Shown here in pieces: positions 1-12,947 of a DNA stretch of 64,000 bases. The notes below the pieces were generated by a model. The model worked only from the letters and a program-made list of their open reading frames with translations, did not search any database and was not told the origin of the DNA. How positions within the stretch are numbered: position 1 is the first letter of the stretch; the number at the start of each line of letters is the position of its first letter. The DNA comes from Eledone cirrhosa (Eukaryota): positions 5,022,001-5,086,000 of the forward strand of contig OZ024752.1 in assembly GCA_964016885.1 (NCBI GenBank), read 5' to 3'. A program made the position numbers and the translations under genes.

Positions 1-485
1 AGAGACAAGTGAGCCCTACACAGCAAAAATAATAAATATCCCACCAGCACCACTGCCAACTCTTCATCTTAGATTTTCTTTTATGTAAGACATGATACAA
101 CTGCATTAACTGTATGAATTAACCTAAGGGCAGAATATAAAATAACCAAGGTAGCCTTTATCGTTAATTTAATTGGTGTATTGATTTGTAAGTTTGGCAT
201 GGCAGAGAGCTAAACGTTTAGAAAGGAAGGGTGTAGTCAATTTAAATGAACTACTCCAGTACTTAACTGGTACTCATTTTATCAACTTTAGTAGCAAGAA
301 AAGCTAAGTCAGTATGAAATATAAAGGAAGCTGTCGATAACTAAAGATTACAAGACATTTAGTCTGAGTGCTGCTCTCTTATTCCTGACATTCTCCTGTC
401 CTCCCATAAGTATAATGTATCCTTCTTGTTAACAGTTCCCTGGCCATAGTTTTATAGAAATACGCTGTTTATGTGCTCCAGTTGT

Positions 486-822
486 GAAGGTGTATGACTT
501 AGTGGTTAGAGTGATGGGCTTGCAATTGAGAGGCTGTGAGTTCGATTCTCAGACTGGGTGATGCCTTGTGTTCTTGAGCAAGACACTTTATTTCATGTTG
601 CTCCAGTTCACTCAGCTGTAGAAATGAGTTGTGACATCACTGGTGTCAAGCTGTATCGGCCATTGCCTTTTCCTTGGACAACATCGGTGGTGTGAAGAAG
701 GGAGACTGGTATGCATGGGCGACTGCTGGTCTTCCACAAACACACCTTGCTCAGGCTTGAGCCTCGGAGAGAAACTTTCTAGGTGCAAAACCCTGGTCAT
801 TAGTGACTGATGGGGGACCTTC
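486..822 (+). mobile_element. Older tRNA-derived CORE-type SINE
   Basis: A-box-like TGACTTAGTGG, B-box GAGTTCGATTC, then CORE-like GTGTTCTTGAGCAAGACACTTTA; 3' body differs from the young family. Confidence 0.8.
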
Positions 823-1595
823 AAAAATGTGTTCCAGTTAATTAAAAATTTATTTAGAATTTAGAGGGATTTTTTTTCATTATTAAACTGGTGTTTGAAA
901 ATAACTAAACAGAAACATTTCATTAAGTTATGGTGGAACGTTTTGATTTAAACATAAGCACTTTAAAGAAAGATTTGTATCTTAGAATTAGTAGCAATCT
1001 CAGACAAGTTAGTATCAAAAGGTTAAAGATGGTAAGAAGTAATTTGAGGGAGATTTTGCTACTATTTCTAATGGCACTACACACTAGATTTTATCCCAGG
1101 CTTTAACTATTTTTTCTTCACCCAAGACAGTTATCCTTATGATAGAAGACATATTAATATAACATTTTCCTAACACTGAAACACATAAAATCCCTAATTA
1201 TTTTTTTTATGTATCTAAAAATCTCAAGCAATTCATCCCACATTTGTTTAGTTTTATTATTATTGCAGTGTGTATGATTGAAGAGGAAATAAAAGCTAGG
1301 AGTTGAGGAAGTGGGTTATAAATGGGAAAGTGGGTTATAAGTGGGAAAATGGAGAAGCTTGTCATGAGACTCACAAAGCTAACCCCTACTTTAGCAGGCG
1401 AAATAGCTTTAAAACACTTTTTCTTCGTGTAGAAGTGTATAAAAGTAAATGAATCTCCATTGGTGTTCATGATGAAGGTTCTGGTTATTGGATCAATGGT
1501 ATGGGTTGACTTATTATTGTGAAGAAGGTGGCTGGGTATTCCACAGACACATGTACCTTTACCTTACATTAGTTTTCAGAGTGATTCAGCATAGC

Positions 1596-1675
1596 ATAGT
1601 TTTCAGGGAGATTCAGTATGAAATAGTTCTCAGGGAGATTCAGTATGAAATAGTTCTCAGGGAGATTCAGTATGA
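1596..1675. repeat. 27-bp tandem triplication of a SINE-body fragment
   Basis: ATAGTTCTCAGGGAGATTCAGTATGAA x3; the same motif occurs in SINE bodies near 9825 (-) and 11930. Confidence 0.8.
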
Positions 1676-1903
1676 TATAATGATATGTTGTGTATGTTGT
1701 TTTATTGAGTGAAATGTATAAATTATATGTTGCATAATAACATTGTCTGGTGATTCTGTAAAAGTGATGTTATAATACCTTATATGGTCTGTGTGTGGCT
1801 GGAGATGATGTAGAATATATGTTGTGCAGATTGTGTACTGAGTCAGTTGTGATGTGGGCAATACCTAGGAAGAGCTAGTCTTTGGACAATACAGAGGTGT
1901 TAG

Positions 1904-2125
1904 ACCCTTTAGCATTTAAACCGGATGTATCCAGCCAGAATTCTCTCACCTCTTTCAGTTCAAACTGGTTATAACTGGCTACTCATACTGATGTTAAGGT
2001 ATTGTTCTCAAAATAAATAATATCAAAATCTCATTGATTCGACATTAAATGAGATAGTTATGTGAGATAAAACCTTTATCACAAAAATACAATAGTGAAT
2101 ATAGAGTAATGTAAATGCTAAAGGG
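1904..2125. mobile_element. piggyBac-type MITE (~220 bp), copy 1
   Basis: CCCTTTTAGCATT...AATGCTAAAGGG inverted termini; homologous to the copies at 12743, 26215, 27130 and 29721. Confidence 0.75.
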
Positions 2126-2199
2126 TTGAGTCATGTTTTTCTTTTGTTGATATTCATGTTTTGTTTATTTTGTTAATTGTTAAATTTGTTAACTTTCAG

Positions 2200-2250
2200 A
2201 ATATCATGAAAATACATTAAGACTATGTCATGATCCAATATACCAAAAAA
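2200..2250 (+). CDS. robo: Internal 51-nt exon (phase 1-1) of Robo-like receptor: xYHENTLRLCHDPIYQK
   Basis: T-rich tract + TTTCAG acceptor, GTAAGT donor at 2251, open frame that joins the next exon in phase. Confidence 0.6.
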
Positions 2251-2328
2251 GTAAGTATAACTTTACTATTCTGCTAGAGTTATCACCACCAGCATTTTTA
2301 TACATATCACCACTGCCCCTACTACTAT

Positions 2329-2366
<38 letters not shown>

Positions 2367-3080
2367 GTAATACCCACATCACCTTTGACAGGAGAGAGGT
2401 ATCAATTGACAAGATCCAAGACCTGATTAGCTCGCCAAGTAGGTGGAACTAATCTAATCAGACCAAGGAAACAATGTTTTCATTGATCTTACCATTGCTG
2501 CTACTACCTAGTGGTTGTTACTTCTGGCTGAAAGAGCAGCATCAAATAAAGTGTCTTGCTCAAAGACATAACACATGACCTAGTCTGGGAAGCAAACTCA
2601 TGGTTGTGAATCCAATTCTCTAACCACTAAGCCATGTGTTTCACATCTACTATAATGGCTAATTCAATAAGACAAGATAATGAACAACCAGCTAATTGCT
2701 CAGTATTTCATCATTAACTATCAGCTCAGTTTGTTAAGATCTTGGACAAGGGACTTAACTCTAAATAGCCAAACCCACTGTATTTTAAGTTATTGTTTAC
2801 CTCCAAGTCAATCTTGATTAATCAATGGTGTTCTAGTGCTGGTGAATACGTCAGTTGTTTTGGGAGAATGTGATTTGAGGGGATGATATAGCTACTATCT
2901 CATCAGGCCGGTGCTCAGTCCTGGTTTTATTGGCGTTGTAGGCACATAAAAACCCATAGCGAAAGAATAGAACATACTACTAAGTCATACTCAATTGTAG
3001 TTTTTAGGTTATACTAGATTTGATAAATGACTGGTTGAGCTGATATGAGATTTTTACATTTATTATATCATAAAAGATTA

Positions 3081-3302
3081 TAGGGCAGTAGATTGGCAGT
3101 ATCGGTAGAGTATTGGACACCATGCTTCATAGAATAGAGTTATGGCCCTTTATGTTCTGAGTTCAAATCCCGCCGAGGTTAGCTTTGCTTTTCATCTTTA
3201 AGAGGTCGATAAAATAAAGTACCAGTAAGCACTGGCGTTGATTTAATCAGCTTTCCCCTCCCTCCAAAATTGTTGGCATTGTGCCTAAATCAGAAATCAT
3301 TA
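3081..3302 (+). mobile_element. SINE family 2 (tRNA-like head, GCCTTTCATCC..GGTCGATAAAATAAAGTACCAG body)
   Basis: Homologous to the copies at 13255, 17918, 25143 and 27450. Confidence 0.8.
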
Positions 3303-3366
3303 TCTCATAAAAGATTGTATTTCTTTCTATATATTACCTGCATAATCATGTGCTCTGTAATTTCAG

Positions 3367-3566
3367 CTTTGGGTGGTGTTCAACCTGACCTTACCAACAT
3401 CATGGATCAAAATGAGCTGAAAGATCAAAACTTGTATAACCGAATCAGCATGAATGTCCCTCAGATGAAGACTTTCTACCAAAAACCAAACCCAGTAGCT
3501 GCTGTTGCACCATACGCAACCACCACCTTGATCAACACTTCTAACCTTCTGGCTAAACCTCTGCAG
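3367..3566 (+). CDS. robo: 200-nt exon (phase 1-0) encoding Robo cytoplasmic CC0-adjacent and CC1 motifs
   Basis: TTTCAG acceptor and CAG|GTAATC donor. Translation LGGVQPDLTNIMDQNELKDQNLYNRISMNVPQMKTFYQKPNPVAAVAPYATTTLINTSNLLAKPLQ: PYATTTLI matches Robo CC1 (PYATTQLI in ROBO1) and QMKTF resembles the EMKTF that follows CC0. Confidence 0.72.
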
Positions 3567-4099
3567 GTAATCATATTTATCATATTTATTTGCTTTTTCT
3601 ATCTTAATATTTTACTCATTCTTTTTAGTACCATTGTGTATACATATCTATATATATGTATATCTATATTTTCATATATATGTATATGTTTGTTTTGTTT
3701 GTTGCTGTTGTTTCTTTTGTCCTAATATTTCGGGACTTAAAATTTCCTTCTTCAGAATATAAGGAACTCTCAGAGAAAAATCTTCCAGTTTCTTCTCTTT
3801 GGAATTAAATGTAGCTTAATTAAATCTAAGTTTAAGTCCTGAAATATTACGATATATGTATATATAAAAAGTAAACAAGATCGAAGTCAAAGTTGCAGCA
3901 TATATGGACACTTTATTGGCATTTTACTATCATTTTGATAATGATCAGTTGAAGGTATAATCATAATGAATCATCAGCTATGCAAGTTTATATGTGCAAA
4001 GACATATTTTAACTTAAAACTGCAAACTGTGGTTACACATTTACCTAACATACACACGTACACATACACACGTACACATACATACATACATACATACAT

Positions 4100-4157
<58 letters not shown>

Positions 4158-4345
4158 TTTTTTATTTTTGTTTTGTTTTTTAAAAGGAAAAGAATGATTT
4201 CACTTGTAGTTCTAGGAAAAAGAAGTTGAAAATTCAGAAAATTTTTCAAAATGTTTATTAACAGTAATTTATAACATAACCAGTTTCACAAGTTTTAGGA
4301 TTTTCAAAAGTTAAGAGAGATGGAGAACACTTTTATTCTCTGTTG

Positions 4346-4400
<55 letters not shown>

Positions 4401-4402
<2 letters not shown>

Positions 4403-4695
4403 CGTTTCTGAATTTGTTTAGCAAGATTCTTTATCTGAAAACGTGTGTTGAAACCGATATTGTTATACTTTGGGAGGGTCATGTTGCCAATAAGAAACAC
4501 ACACACCAGTTGCTTTCACTTCAATTTATTATAATAAATTTATAAATTTCCGGTTGGTTGGTTGGTTCCACAACCAGATGATTGTTTATATATTGTCAAA
4601 GTTCTTTTGACACACATTGTGACCTCTTCAGTGACTGGGGATTCTTTTCTTTGTTTTTGTGCCTCTCCTTTGTTCTGTCCTATGCCATCTTGTTT
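4401..4695 (-). mobile_element. Dispersed repeat, probable Penelope-like terminal (pLTR) fragment with hammerhead-like core
   Basis: Related copies at 39255-39410, 40303-40345 and 41255-41420; sits in (TA)n; minus strand has CTGAAGA...GAAA. Confidence 0.5.
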
Positions 4696-4890
4696 ATATA
4701 TATATATATAAGATAGGGTGTGGCAAAAACCAGCTGGACCATAACCCACCAGAGTACTCGATACTTGGGGTAGTAGTTCGGACCAAGCTGTCGAAACAGC
4801 CGGAGCTTATAAATGTTTATTTATAAACATACCTTATTTCTTTAGAAATACGAAATTCAAATACATATATGTAAATATATATATATATAT

Positions 4891-5231
4891 GGAGGCACAT
4901 GGCTTAGTGGTTAGAGCATTGGCCTTGCAATCGAAAGGTTGTGAGTTCAATTCTCAGACAGGGTAATGTGTTGTTTCCTTGAGCAAGCCACTTTATTTCA
5001 CATTGCTCCAGTTTACTCAGCTGTAGAAATGAGATGATAGGGACTGGGGTCCATATCATTCCACTGTAAACTGGTCGTGGAGGTGCCACGGCAAAAAAGC
5101 ACCCAGCACTCACTGTAAATGAGGTTGGTGTTAGGAAGGGCATCCAGCTGTAGAAATCAAGCCAGAATCAGTTCCCGTCCCACCCTTGCAAGCAGCGAAA
5201 AGCGGACGTAAAATGAAATGATGATGATGAT
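4891..5231 (+). mobile_element. Young CORE-SINE family 1, full length
   Basis: tRNA-like head with A box TGGCTTAGTGG and B box GAGTTCAATTC, CORE-like segment, RTE-like tail ending in (ATG)n. Confidence 0.92.
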
Positions 5232-5351
5232 ATAGGGAGTCGTAACTTGGAGTTACTGTAGGTTAACTCGGGTGAGCACTCGATGTTTAGGTTCACTTCT
5301 GTGTCGAGGTGTAGAGCTATACAGAGTGTATTATATTGATGCATGTATGTA

Positions 5352-5421
<70 letters not shown>

Positions 5422-5518
5422 TTTATTAAAATAACAGATTAAAGTTTAACCAAAGAGTCGCTGCTTTCACCCTTAACGGAATCTTCTGAAACTAAAAAAT
5501 CAATCTATTATATATATA

Positions 5519-5856
5519 GGAGGCACATGGCTTAGTGGTTAGAGCATTGGCCTTGCAATCAAAAGGTTGTGGGTTCAATTCTCAGACCGGGTGATGTGTT
5601 GTGTCCTTGAGCAAGACACTTTATTTCACATTGCTCCAGTTTACTCAGCTGTAGAAATGAGATGATAGGGACTGGGGGTCCATATCACTCCACTGCAAAG
5701 TGGTCGTGGAGGTGCCACGGCAAAAAAAAAGCACCCAGCACTCACTGTAAATGAGGTTGGTGTTAGAAAGGGCATACAGCTGTAGAAATCAAGCCAGAAT
5801 CAGTTCCCGTCCCACCCTTGCAAGCAGGGAAAAAGCGGACGTAAAATGAAATGAAA
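5519..5856 (+). mobile_element. CORE-SINE family 1, full length
   Basis: Near-identical to 4891-5231. Confidence 0.92.
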
Positions 5857-5970
5857 AAAATTAATGAAATGATATATATATATGTATATGTATATATGCT
5901 TGTGTGTGTGTATCCTGTACTAGGCATAGTCGTAATTATTTATAAATATATATATGTATATATACATACA

Positions 5971-6013
<43 letters not shown>

Positions 6014-6346
6014 ATACAGATATACTTCCACGTATTCTCTAAGAAAAAAATAATCTTTTCTGAGTGATGTATGGTACATTCACAGTTTGTTGTCTAAGAT
6101 TTTCTCCAAGTGAATATACAAACCATGCTGACTGTAATTTTCTGCTATCTATTTATACTTTATCCCTTTGTATTTCTTGTGGATAGACTGATATATTCTT
6201 ATTCAGAATCATGTTCAATGGCAAATGATCTCAATATCGTTAAAACGTGTTTCTCAAACACATATTTGTATACCATAGTGTGTGTGGGAGTATATGTCCA
6301 TAGAAATATATATGTTTATACACTTGTACATGTGTGAATATATATA

Positions 6347-6473
6347 TTTCTGAGGAAGACGGCCAATTGGACAGGGATTTCGAGACTAGAAATAGGTAGT
6401 AACTTAACGACTACCTTGCTAGTCGATACATCGATCCCCATCGATCAATCAACCCTCTGAAATGATCGTAAAA
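6347..6473 (+). ncRNA. Type I hammerhead ribozyme motif with ~102-nt stem II
   Basis: TTT-CTGAGGA-[AGA...TCT]-GAAA-TGATCG-TA-AAA; the insert has nested complementary arms GGGAT/ATCCC, GACTAG/CTAGTC and AGGTAGT/ACTACCT; stem I is only ~3 bp. Confidence 0.6.
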
Positions 6474-7175
6474 CAATGAACTGTCTACCTATGCCTGACT
6501 TCTGTTTTTTTTTATTTTTTGTTTTTTTTTATATTTCTATGTGCACGCAGACACACACACACACTCAGACACACACACACTCACACATGGAATGTAGAAA
6601 AGTAACACACGAGTTGATATATCATCATCGTCGTTTAATGTCCATCTTCCATGCTAGCATGGGTTAGATATATATAAAAACAAATAGTAGAGAGGAAAAA
6701 GATTTTTTCAGTAGAAATTGATGAAGAGATTCTTTCAGTGTAATATCAAAACATTTATTTATAAAGTGCATATTTTCGCATTTAATAATACCAGTTTCAG
6801 CATTATGTGCTTTTTCAACTGCGGAATATGCATAATGTAGTTATGTTGCATATTTATACAAATAATAAAAAGAAGAAAAAGTTATTAGATTTTTCATACA
6901 TATTTAGAGAGAAGAGTTCATATCTCTGTCCATGTTTGTCCTTCATGCTCTGTTAGTTGAACTAACAGAGAATGAAGGACAAACATAGAATTCTGCTAGA
7001 AATAACTGCCAAATCTGCCTCAAATTAAAGTCTATCATAGTAAAAAAAGGAAGGAAACCTTGGATTGTAGTTGCACAATTTCTGAAAGAATGATGTAGTT
7101 ATGGCTGAAATACTTTGATCATAGATTTGTTCTGTCTGGACAGACCTACAGTTAGAATACAACAATAACATTATA

Positions 7176-7479
7176 CAAGGGAGGGCTGGAAAGTTCCTGG
7201 TTTTAGGTAAAAGAAAATATAGGAGGATCAGTTAACCTTTAGCATGCTAGAAATCTATATGAATTGCTTCCCTTGACACTGCATTATGTATTAAGGGGAG
7301 ATTACTCTATCAGTGATTTAATGCACCTGGAGCATCCAGAAGATTAATTATGATTTTATTCAACATAATACCCTCTCAGATTTACACACTTATTGCAGCA
7401 GTTCTACCTCCCCTGTAAAGGGAACAGCTCTACCCTTTCGCGATGCCCTTACAGCCAGGAATTTTTCAGCACCCCCTTG
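7176..7479. mobile_element. Tc1/mariner-type MITE
   Basis: Imperfect TIRs CAAGGGAGGGCTGGAAAGTTCCTGG / CCAGGAATTTTTCAGCACCCCCTTG with TA on both flanks. Confidence 0.75.
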
Positions 7480-8303
7480 TACATTTATTTGTACTGCAAC
7501 AGTCATAAACACTGTATATTGCCAAGGCAATGATGAGCTTGTAAACTGTTGCCGAGTCTGTTAGAAATATCAGCCTAGGTCTACTTCAACGCCACAGCAA
7601 TATTATATACACTACAGCATTTCTAAACACATATATATATGTGTGTGTGTGTGAGTGCGTATGTGTGTATGGATATGTATGTATGTATATATATATATAT
7701 ATATATATGTGTGTGAGTGCATGTGTGTGTATGTATATATATATATAAATGTATGTATACTTATACATATATATGTGTGTGCGTATATGTATATGTGTGC
7801 ATATGTACATGTATATATGTGTGTATATATATATAGACGTATATATATGTGTATGTGTGTGTGTACTGTCATTTAATTGGTTGATATTTACCTATAAAAC
7901 AATGTTCAATTTTACCTTGTTCATCGAAACATCTGTTATTTCCACTCTTTATTTATGGGATCTACAGAACAGGAAGGAAAAACTAAACCACCTTATTATA
8001 TGTTAGATCTTTTTGTTGTTCTTCTTCTTTTGTTTTGTATTGATTTTTTCTTTTTTTTTACTAATATTATTGACTTAGTTGTTTCTCATATAAAGTTTCC
8101 TTTATAGTATTTTTCGGCTTTTATGGCATGGCACAATCTCTTCATATATACATATATATATAAATATGTGTGTATGTGTGTGCATATATTTATATATATA
8201 TATACATACATATATATATATATATATCTATTATATATATATATATATATACATACATATATATATTCATACATATATATATTCATACATATATATATAT
8301 ATT

Positions 8304-8347
<44 letters not shown>

Positions 8348-8599
8348 CATACACACGTGTGTGTTTGTGTGCTAATGTCAATTCTCTTCGAGATTATGCT
8401 TCTAAAGTGTAATTTAGTGCAGTTGTTTTGGGGTTTATTGATTTATATTGTTTTTATTTTTCATTCATTTTTTTTTTTTATGGCTTTTTATGAGCTCCAT
8501 CAATATGTTGCCTTTATTGGTATTATAATAATAATAATAGTAATAATGATGATGATGATGATGATGATGATATCGACAAACCCAATGATCTGTTCTATT

Positions 8600-9583
8600 C
8601 AGTAGCAGTAGTAGTATTGAAGGGAACCAGGCTTGATCTTATCAGAGGTAGACCCTCAGCCAAACACAACCTACAATAAAAATAAGAAAAATGGAAAGAA
8701 CATATAATACTCTTTACTTAGCAAACTAGAAATGGTGGGATGCAACACAAAGAAACCAAAATGGGTGCCAATAATAAGAAAAAATATGCCATATCAAAAA
8801 AAAAAAAAAAAAAAAAAACAAGATGGTACTTTGGAAGCAAAAGAAAAGTTAAACAGACGATAACAGCAAAATCATGCCAAATAAGACACTGAAAAATATG
8901 AATGCTACTTCAAGTAGATAGAATAAAGTATCTCACCAAAATACTAATAGATTCTACAGAGACATTGACTAAGAAAGTCATAACACTAAAAGCGAACTAA
9001 CACCAGGGAGTGAGACATGCTAGAATGGTTCTCCTAGCACGTCTCGCTCACCTTCCTCTGGAGAAAAGCCTTCTCTATTCTGGCCAGCGCATGGACCCCC
9101 ATTTACTCACAATAGTGAGAGATAGGGTGAGCAGGAGAGACGGAGGCAGTGAGAGTTTGGTTCTTTTGAGTTAGGACCTGGTGTATATGTGTGTATAAGA
9201 GACAATCATGGTAGCCAAAATTTAAATATTGTAGGGAAAAAAAATATTTTTAAAATAGTTTGATATACTTATTTTTGATTTGTTGTTGTGAACCAGCAGA
9301 AAGTAAAGGTGTACTGGATGAGAACATGGAGCAAAGATAACACTATAAAAATGCTCAAGGAAAGAGAAAAAAATATATAATAGCACTATGGTCCACTATG
9401 ACGGACAAAGATTTCAGCAACACATGGAAAACTACTAGTTGGAAAGTAGGATTGATAAGATCTCCATTTCTAGCTGAAGCAGCAGATTGGCTGTTGGAGA
9501 GGAAAACAACCTTAATTCTTTAAAATATAATACCAAAGACACAAAATTATAGGCCTGTAAAATGCTTGCCAATATTATATAAA
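8600..9583 (+). pseudogene. Degenerate R4/Dong-like non-LTR retrotransposon ORF fragment
   Basis: Broken translation ...DWLLERKTTLIL...NYRPVKCLPILYK resembles the start of a non-LTR RT domain; many stops and frameshifts; another repeat is nested at ~9060-9195. Confidence 0.55.
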
Positions 9584-9584
9584 T

Positions 9585-10045
9585 CGGTGGTGGATTGGCA
9601 ATATCAGTGGAGCTTTCTGGCATAGAGTTATGGCTCTTTACGATCTAAGTTCAAATCCTGCTGAGATTAGCTTTGCCTTTCATCCTTACAAGGTCAATTC
9701 CGTGTGATGTGTTGTGTCCTTGAGCAAGACACTTTATTTCACATTGCTCCAGTCCGCTCAGCTGCCAAAAATGAGTTGTACCTGTAATTTGAAGGGCCAG
9801 CCTTGTCACATTCTGTGTCACGCTGAATCTCCCTGAGAAATTTGTTAAAGGTATGCGTGCTTGTAGGATGCTCAGCTATTTGAATGTTAATTTCATGAGC
9901 AGGCTGTTCTGTGGAGCATATCAACTGGAACACTTGTCGTAACCAACAGGGTGCCTCTATATAATCATAGAATGATCAGTGGAGCATATCAACTGGAACA
10001 CTCGTCGTAACCAACAGGGTGCCTCTATATAATCATAGAATGATC
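9585..10045 (+). mobile_element. Partial SINE family 2 fused to an older CORE-SINE, ending in a 66-bp tandem duplication
   Basis: GGTGGTGGATTGGCAATATC head; CORE motif at ~9714; GTGGAGCATATCAACTGGAAC... repeated at 9912 and 9979. Confidence 0.75.
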
Positions 10046-11512
10046 ATCTAGCTTTAAAAAATAAAAAAAAACAGCAACAGCAAAACAAAAAACAAAACAA
10101 TTCCTCTATCACAGAAGAAAACAAAAACATCCCAGCCATCATCATAATCATCATCTAATATATATTTTCCTTGCTAGCAAGGGTTGGGCATGACATCACA
10201 AACCAGCTAATACTCAGTAGAGCCCCTGACTTCCATGTGGGCCAGGGGCGTGACATAAAATTATTTACTCTACTCTGTGCATTTTATTGTAACACCAGCA
10301 CTAAGGAAGTTATATCCTTAGCTTAACTGAAGAGTGCTCCTGACCCTTTGTTTGGAAGGTTTTCTATGGCTGGATGCTCTTCCATTAACCATTTTACAGA
10401 GTGTACTAGGTGCATTTATCATGTAAATCACCAACACTAGGGAGGCTGTCATGTCTATGGCACAACTGAAGCTTCTCCTAACCTTTTGTACAGTAAGTTT
10501 TCTACTGCTGGATGCCCTTCCTATCACCAACCACTTTACATAGTTTACTTTGTGTTTATATATTCATATTTTAAAAAATTGGATGTAAAACATAGGTGTA
10601 GAAGTGGGGGAGATTGTTCATTATAGTAAGGTGTGAAGAGTAATGTTAAATCATTACTATATGATGATGTTTAGTTGAACGCTGTATAAAACCAAAAACA
10701 GAAATCAATAAAATATGTATACGAAAGCTAATGGGATATGTTTGAGTGGGGAAAAGAAATTAAATTCAAATAAAAAGTATTTTAGCTTTCAAAAAAAAAA
10801 AGGAAAAATATTCAAAAATAAATAATAATAATAATAATAATTTATAAGAAATGATAGAATGATTCTTTGTTTTTTGTTTATTACTGTCGTTTGTTTGTGA
10901 ATGAATATATAACAATAAATTTCCTTTGGTAATAACAGGGAAAAGATGATTAAATAACAACAATAATGACAATATTAATGGTTAATTCTTTCCATATTGA
11001 AATGTTGTCAACAATATGATGATGATGACAAAAATAATAATAATAATAATTTGAGCAAAATAACAACAGTAATGACAATAATAATAATAATAAGAAGAAG
11101 AATAGTAATGATGATGAGGATGATAATTTAAGCAAAATAACAACAGTAATGACAATAATAGTTAACTCATTTAGATTCCAAAGTTATCAACAATGCAACA
11201 ACAACAACAATACTACTACTACCACTATTGCTATTACTTCTTTAACAACAATGGTTTGAGTCTTCCATGTTTTAGAGCTGTCAAGAATCAAATTAGAAAT
11301 TTCAATAAATAAAGCGCGATATTAGAATAAGGACTCTACAGGAGGGATAAAAAAATATTGTGTTGGTTTTCTTATAGATTTTTTGTTTAATGAATGTAAA
11401 ATTTAATGAGCTGATCCAAAATGTAAGATTTCAAGAATAAAATTATGAATCTGAAATTATGATCATAAAATGTATGCTACCATCCATAATTTCTGGTTAA
11501 TCTTTGGCACAG

Positions 11513-11593
11513 GTGACCTCCACCTTAGCACCTCGTGTTAGACCTGCACCATATGAACAGGCACCTCAAAAATATTCTACAATAGAAATATAA
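11513..11593 (+). CDS. Candidate terminal exon (phase 0): VTSTLAPRVRPAPYEQAPQKYSTIEI*
   Basis: TCTTTGGCACAG acceptor, phase compatible with exon 3367-3566, non-repetitive and locally GC-richer, AATAAA at 11616; no homology support. Confidence 0.33.
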   Translation: MTSTLAPRVRPAPYEQAPQKYSTIEI

Positions 11594-11849
11594 GCTAGTC
11601 TCCCTCTAAAAAAGCAATAAATGATTAAAAAACATATTTTTAAAACCTTGTTTTCTATCACACTTTGCTTTCAACTGCGCTAACATGTAATTACTACCCA
11701 TATCAAAGAAATAGTTTTCTAATGCACACTGCCTTCAACAACAACAACACATATGACTTAGGTTATTAGTAGTGACATAAACCATTGACTCTTCATCACA
11801 TTTACAGCACTATAGACTGGCGATCAGGATGATGATGGAAGGTACGCCG

Positions 11850-12060
11850 ATCCAATCAACGGAGCAGCCTACTCGTGAAATTAATGTGCAAGTGGCTGAA
11901 CATTCCACAAACACACATACCCTTAACATAGTTCTCAGGGAGATGCGGCATGACAAGGCTGGCCCTTTGAATTACAAGTTCAACTCATTTTTGCAAGCTG
12001 AGTGAACTGGAGCAATTTGAAATAGTGTTATGCTCAAGGACACAACACATCGCCAAGTTG
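11850..12060 (-). mobile_element. Older CORE-SINE fragment
   Basis: Reverse complement of the 9700-9930 element. Confidence 0.75.
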
Positions 12061-12742
12061 AATGTGATCTGTATGGACATGCTGGTACTGATGAAACTTC
12101 CAAAGACCACAAAGCTATTCTGGAGTTGTGTTCCAGATGTGTTTGGGAAGTTTTCTGTGGATGTTCTTCCTATAATCAATCACATTATTGGATGTGTTGG
12201 GTACATTTATTGTGTAGATCACCAACACCAGACATGTTGTCATACACTTGGTACAACTGGAGAGCCTCCTTGTCCCTTCATTTGCTTTCTACAGCCGGAT
12301 GCCTTCTTTATTGCCAACAAACCACCTCAAAAGGTTTAATAGATGCATTTTTCATGGCACCAAAACTGGAGAGACCGTTGGTCATAGAACACAATTGAAG
12401 AGCCCTCTCTACTCTATTAGAGGGAATAGGTTGGCAGAGGTAAGAAGAATGATAAGTATGCTATCATGGGTGTATGACAACTGTGGAAGGATTTGACAGG
12501 GTGGTGAGTAGGAGAGCAGGGGGGTAATATCCATTAGATTTTACTGGGAGTTACTATGATAATGAGAAAAATTACTAAGGAGTGACAATGGAGAGAGATT
12601 GGGTAAAAGAAAATAGAAGGTACTTATTTACAGCTAGGTCAATGTAGCCATTTGTTAGTTAAGGGCCATGCTCATAGACATAATTCAGTGATGGTGATAG
12701 GATATATCTCTTTACTAAGTGTATACTACCTAAACCACTTAA

Positions 12743-12947
12743 CCCTTTAGCATTTAAACTGGTCATATCTGGCCAGAATTCTCTCCCCTCTTTCTGTTCA
12801 AACTGGCCATATCTGGTCACTTATACCGCCGTTAAGGTATTGTTCTCAAAATAAATAATATAATCAAAATCTCCTAGATTCGATATTATATGAAATAAAG
12901 CCTTTACCACAAAAATACAATAGTTGAGTAATGTAAATACTAAAAGG
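12743..12947. mobile_element. piggyBac-type MITE, copy 2
   Basis: TTAA on both flanks; CCCTTTAGCATT terminus. Confidence 0.8.

Noticed and set aside
4891-4965. tRNA genes at SINE heads
   Set aside because: A/B boxes are present, but the heads run directly into SINE bodies and do not close an acceptor stem.
7586-8605. YIYI/CVCV/THTH ORFs here and throughout, plus HHTIP at 43176-43757
   Set aside because: Translations of dinucleotide and pentanucleotide microsatellites.
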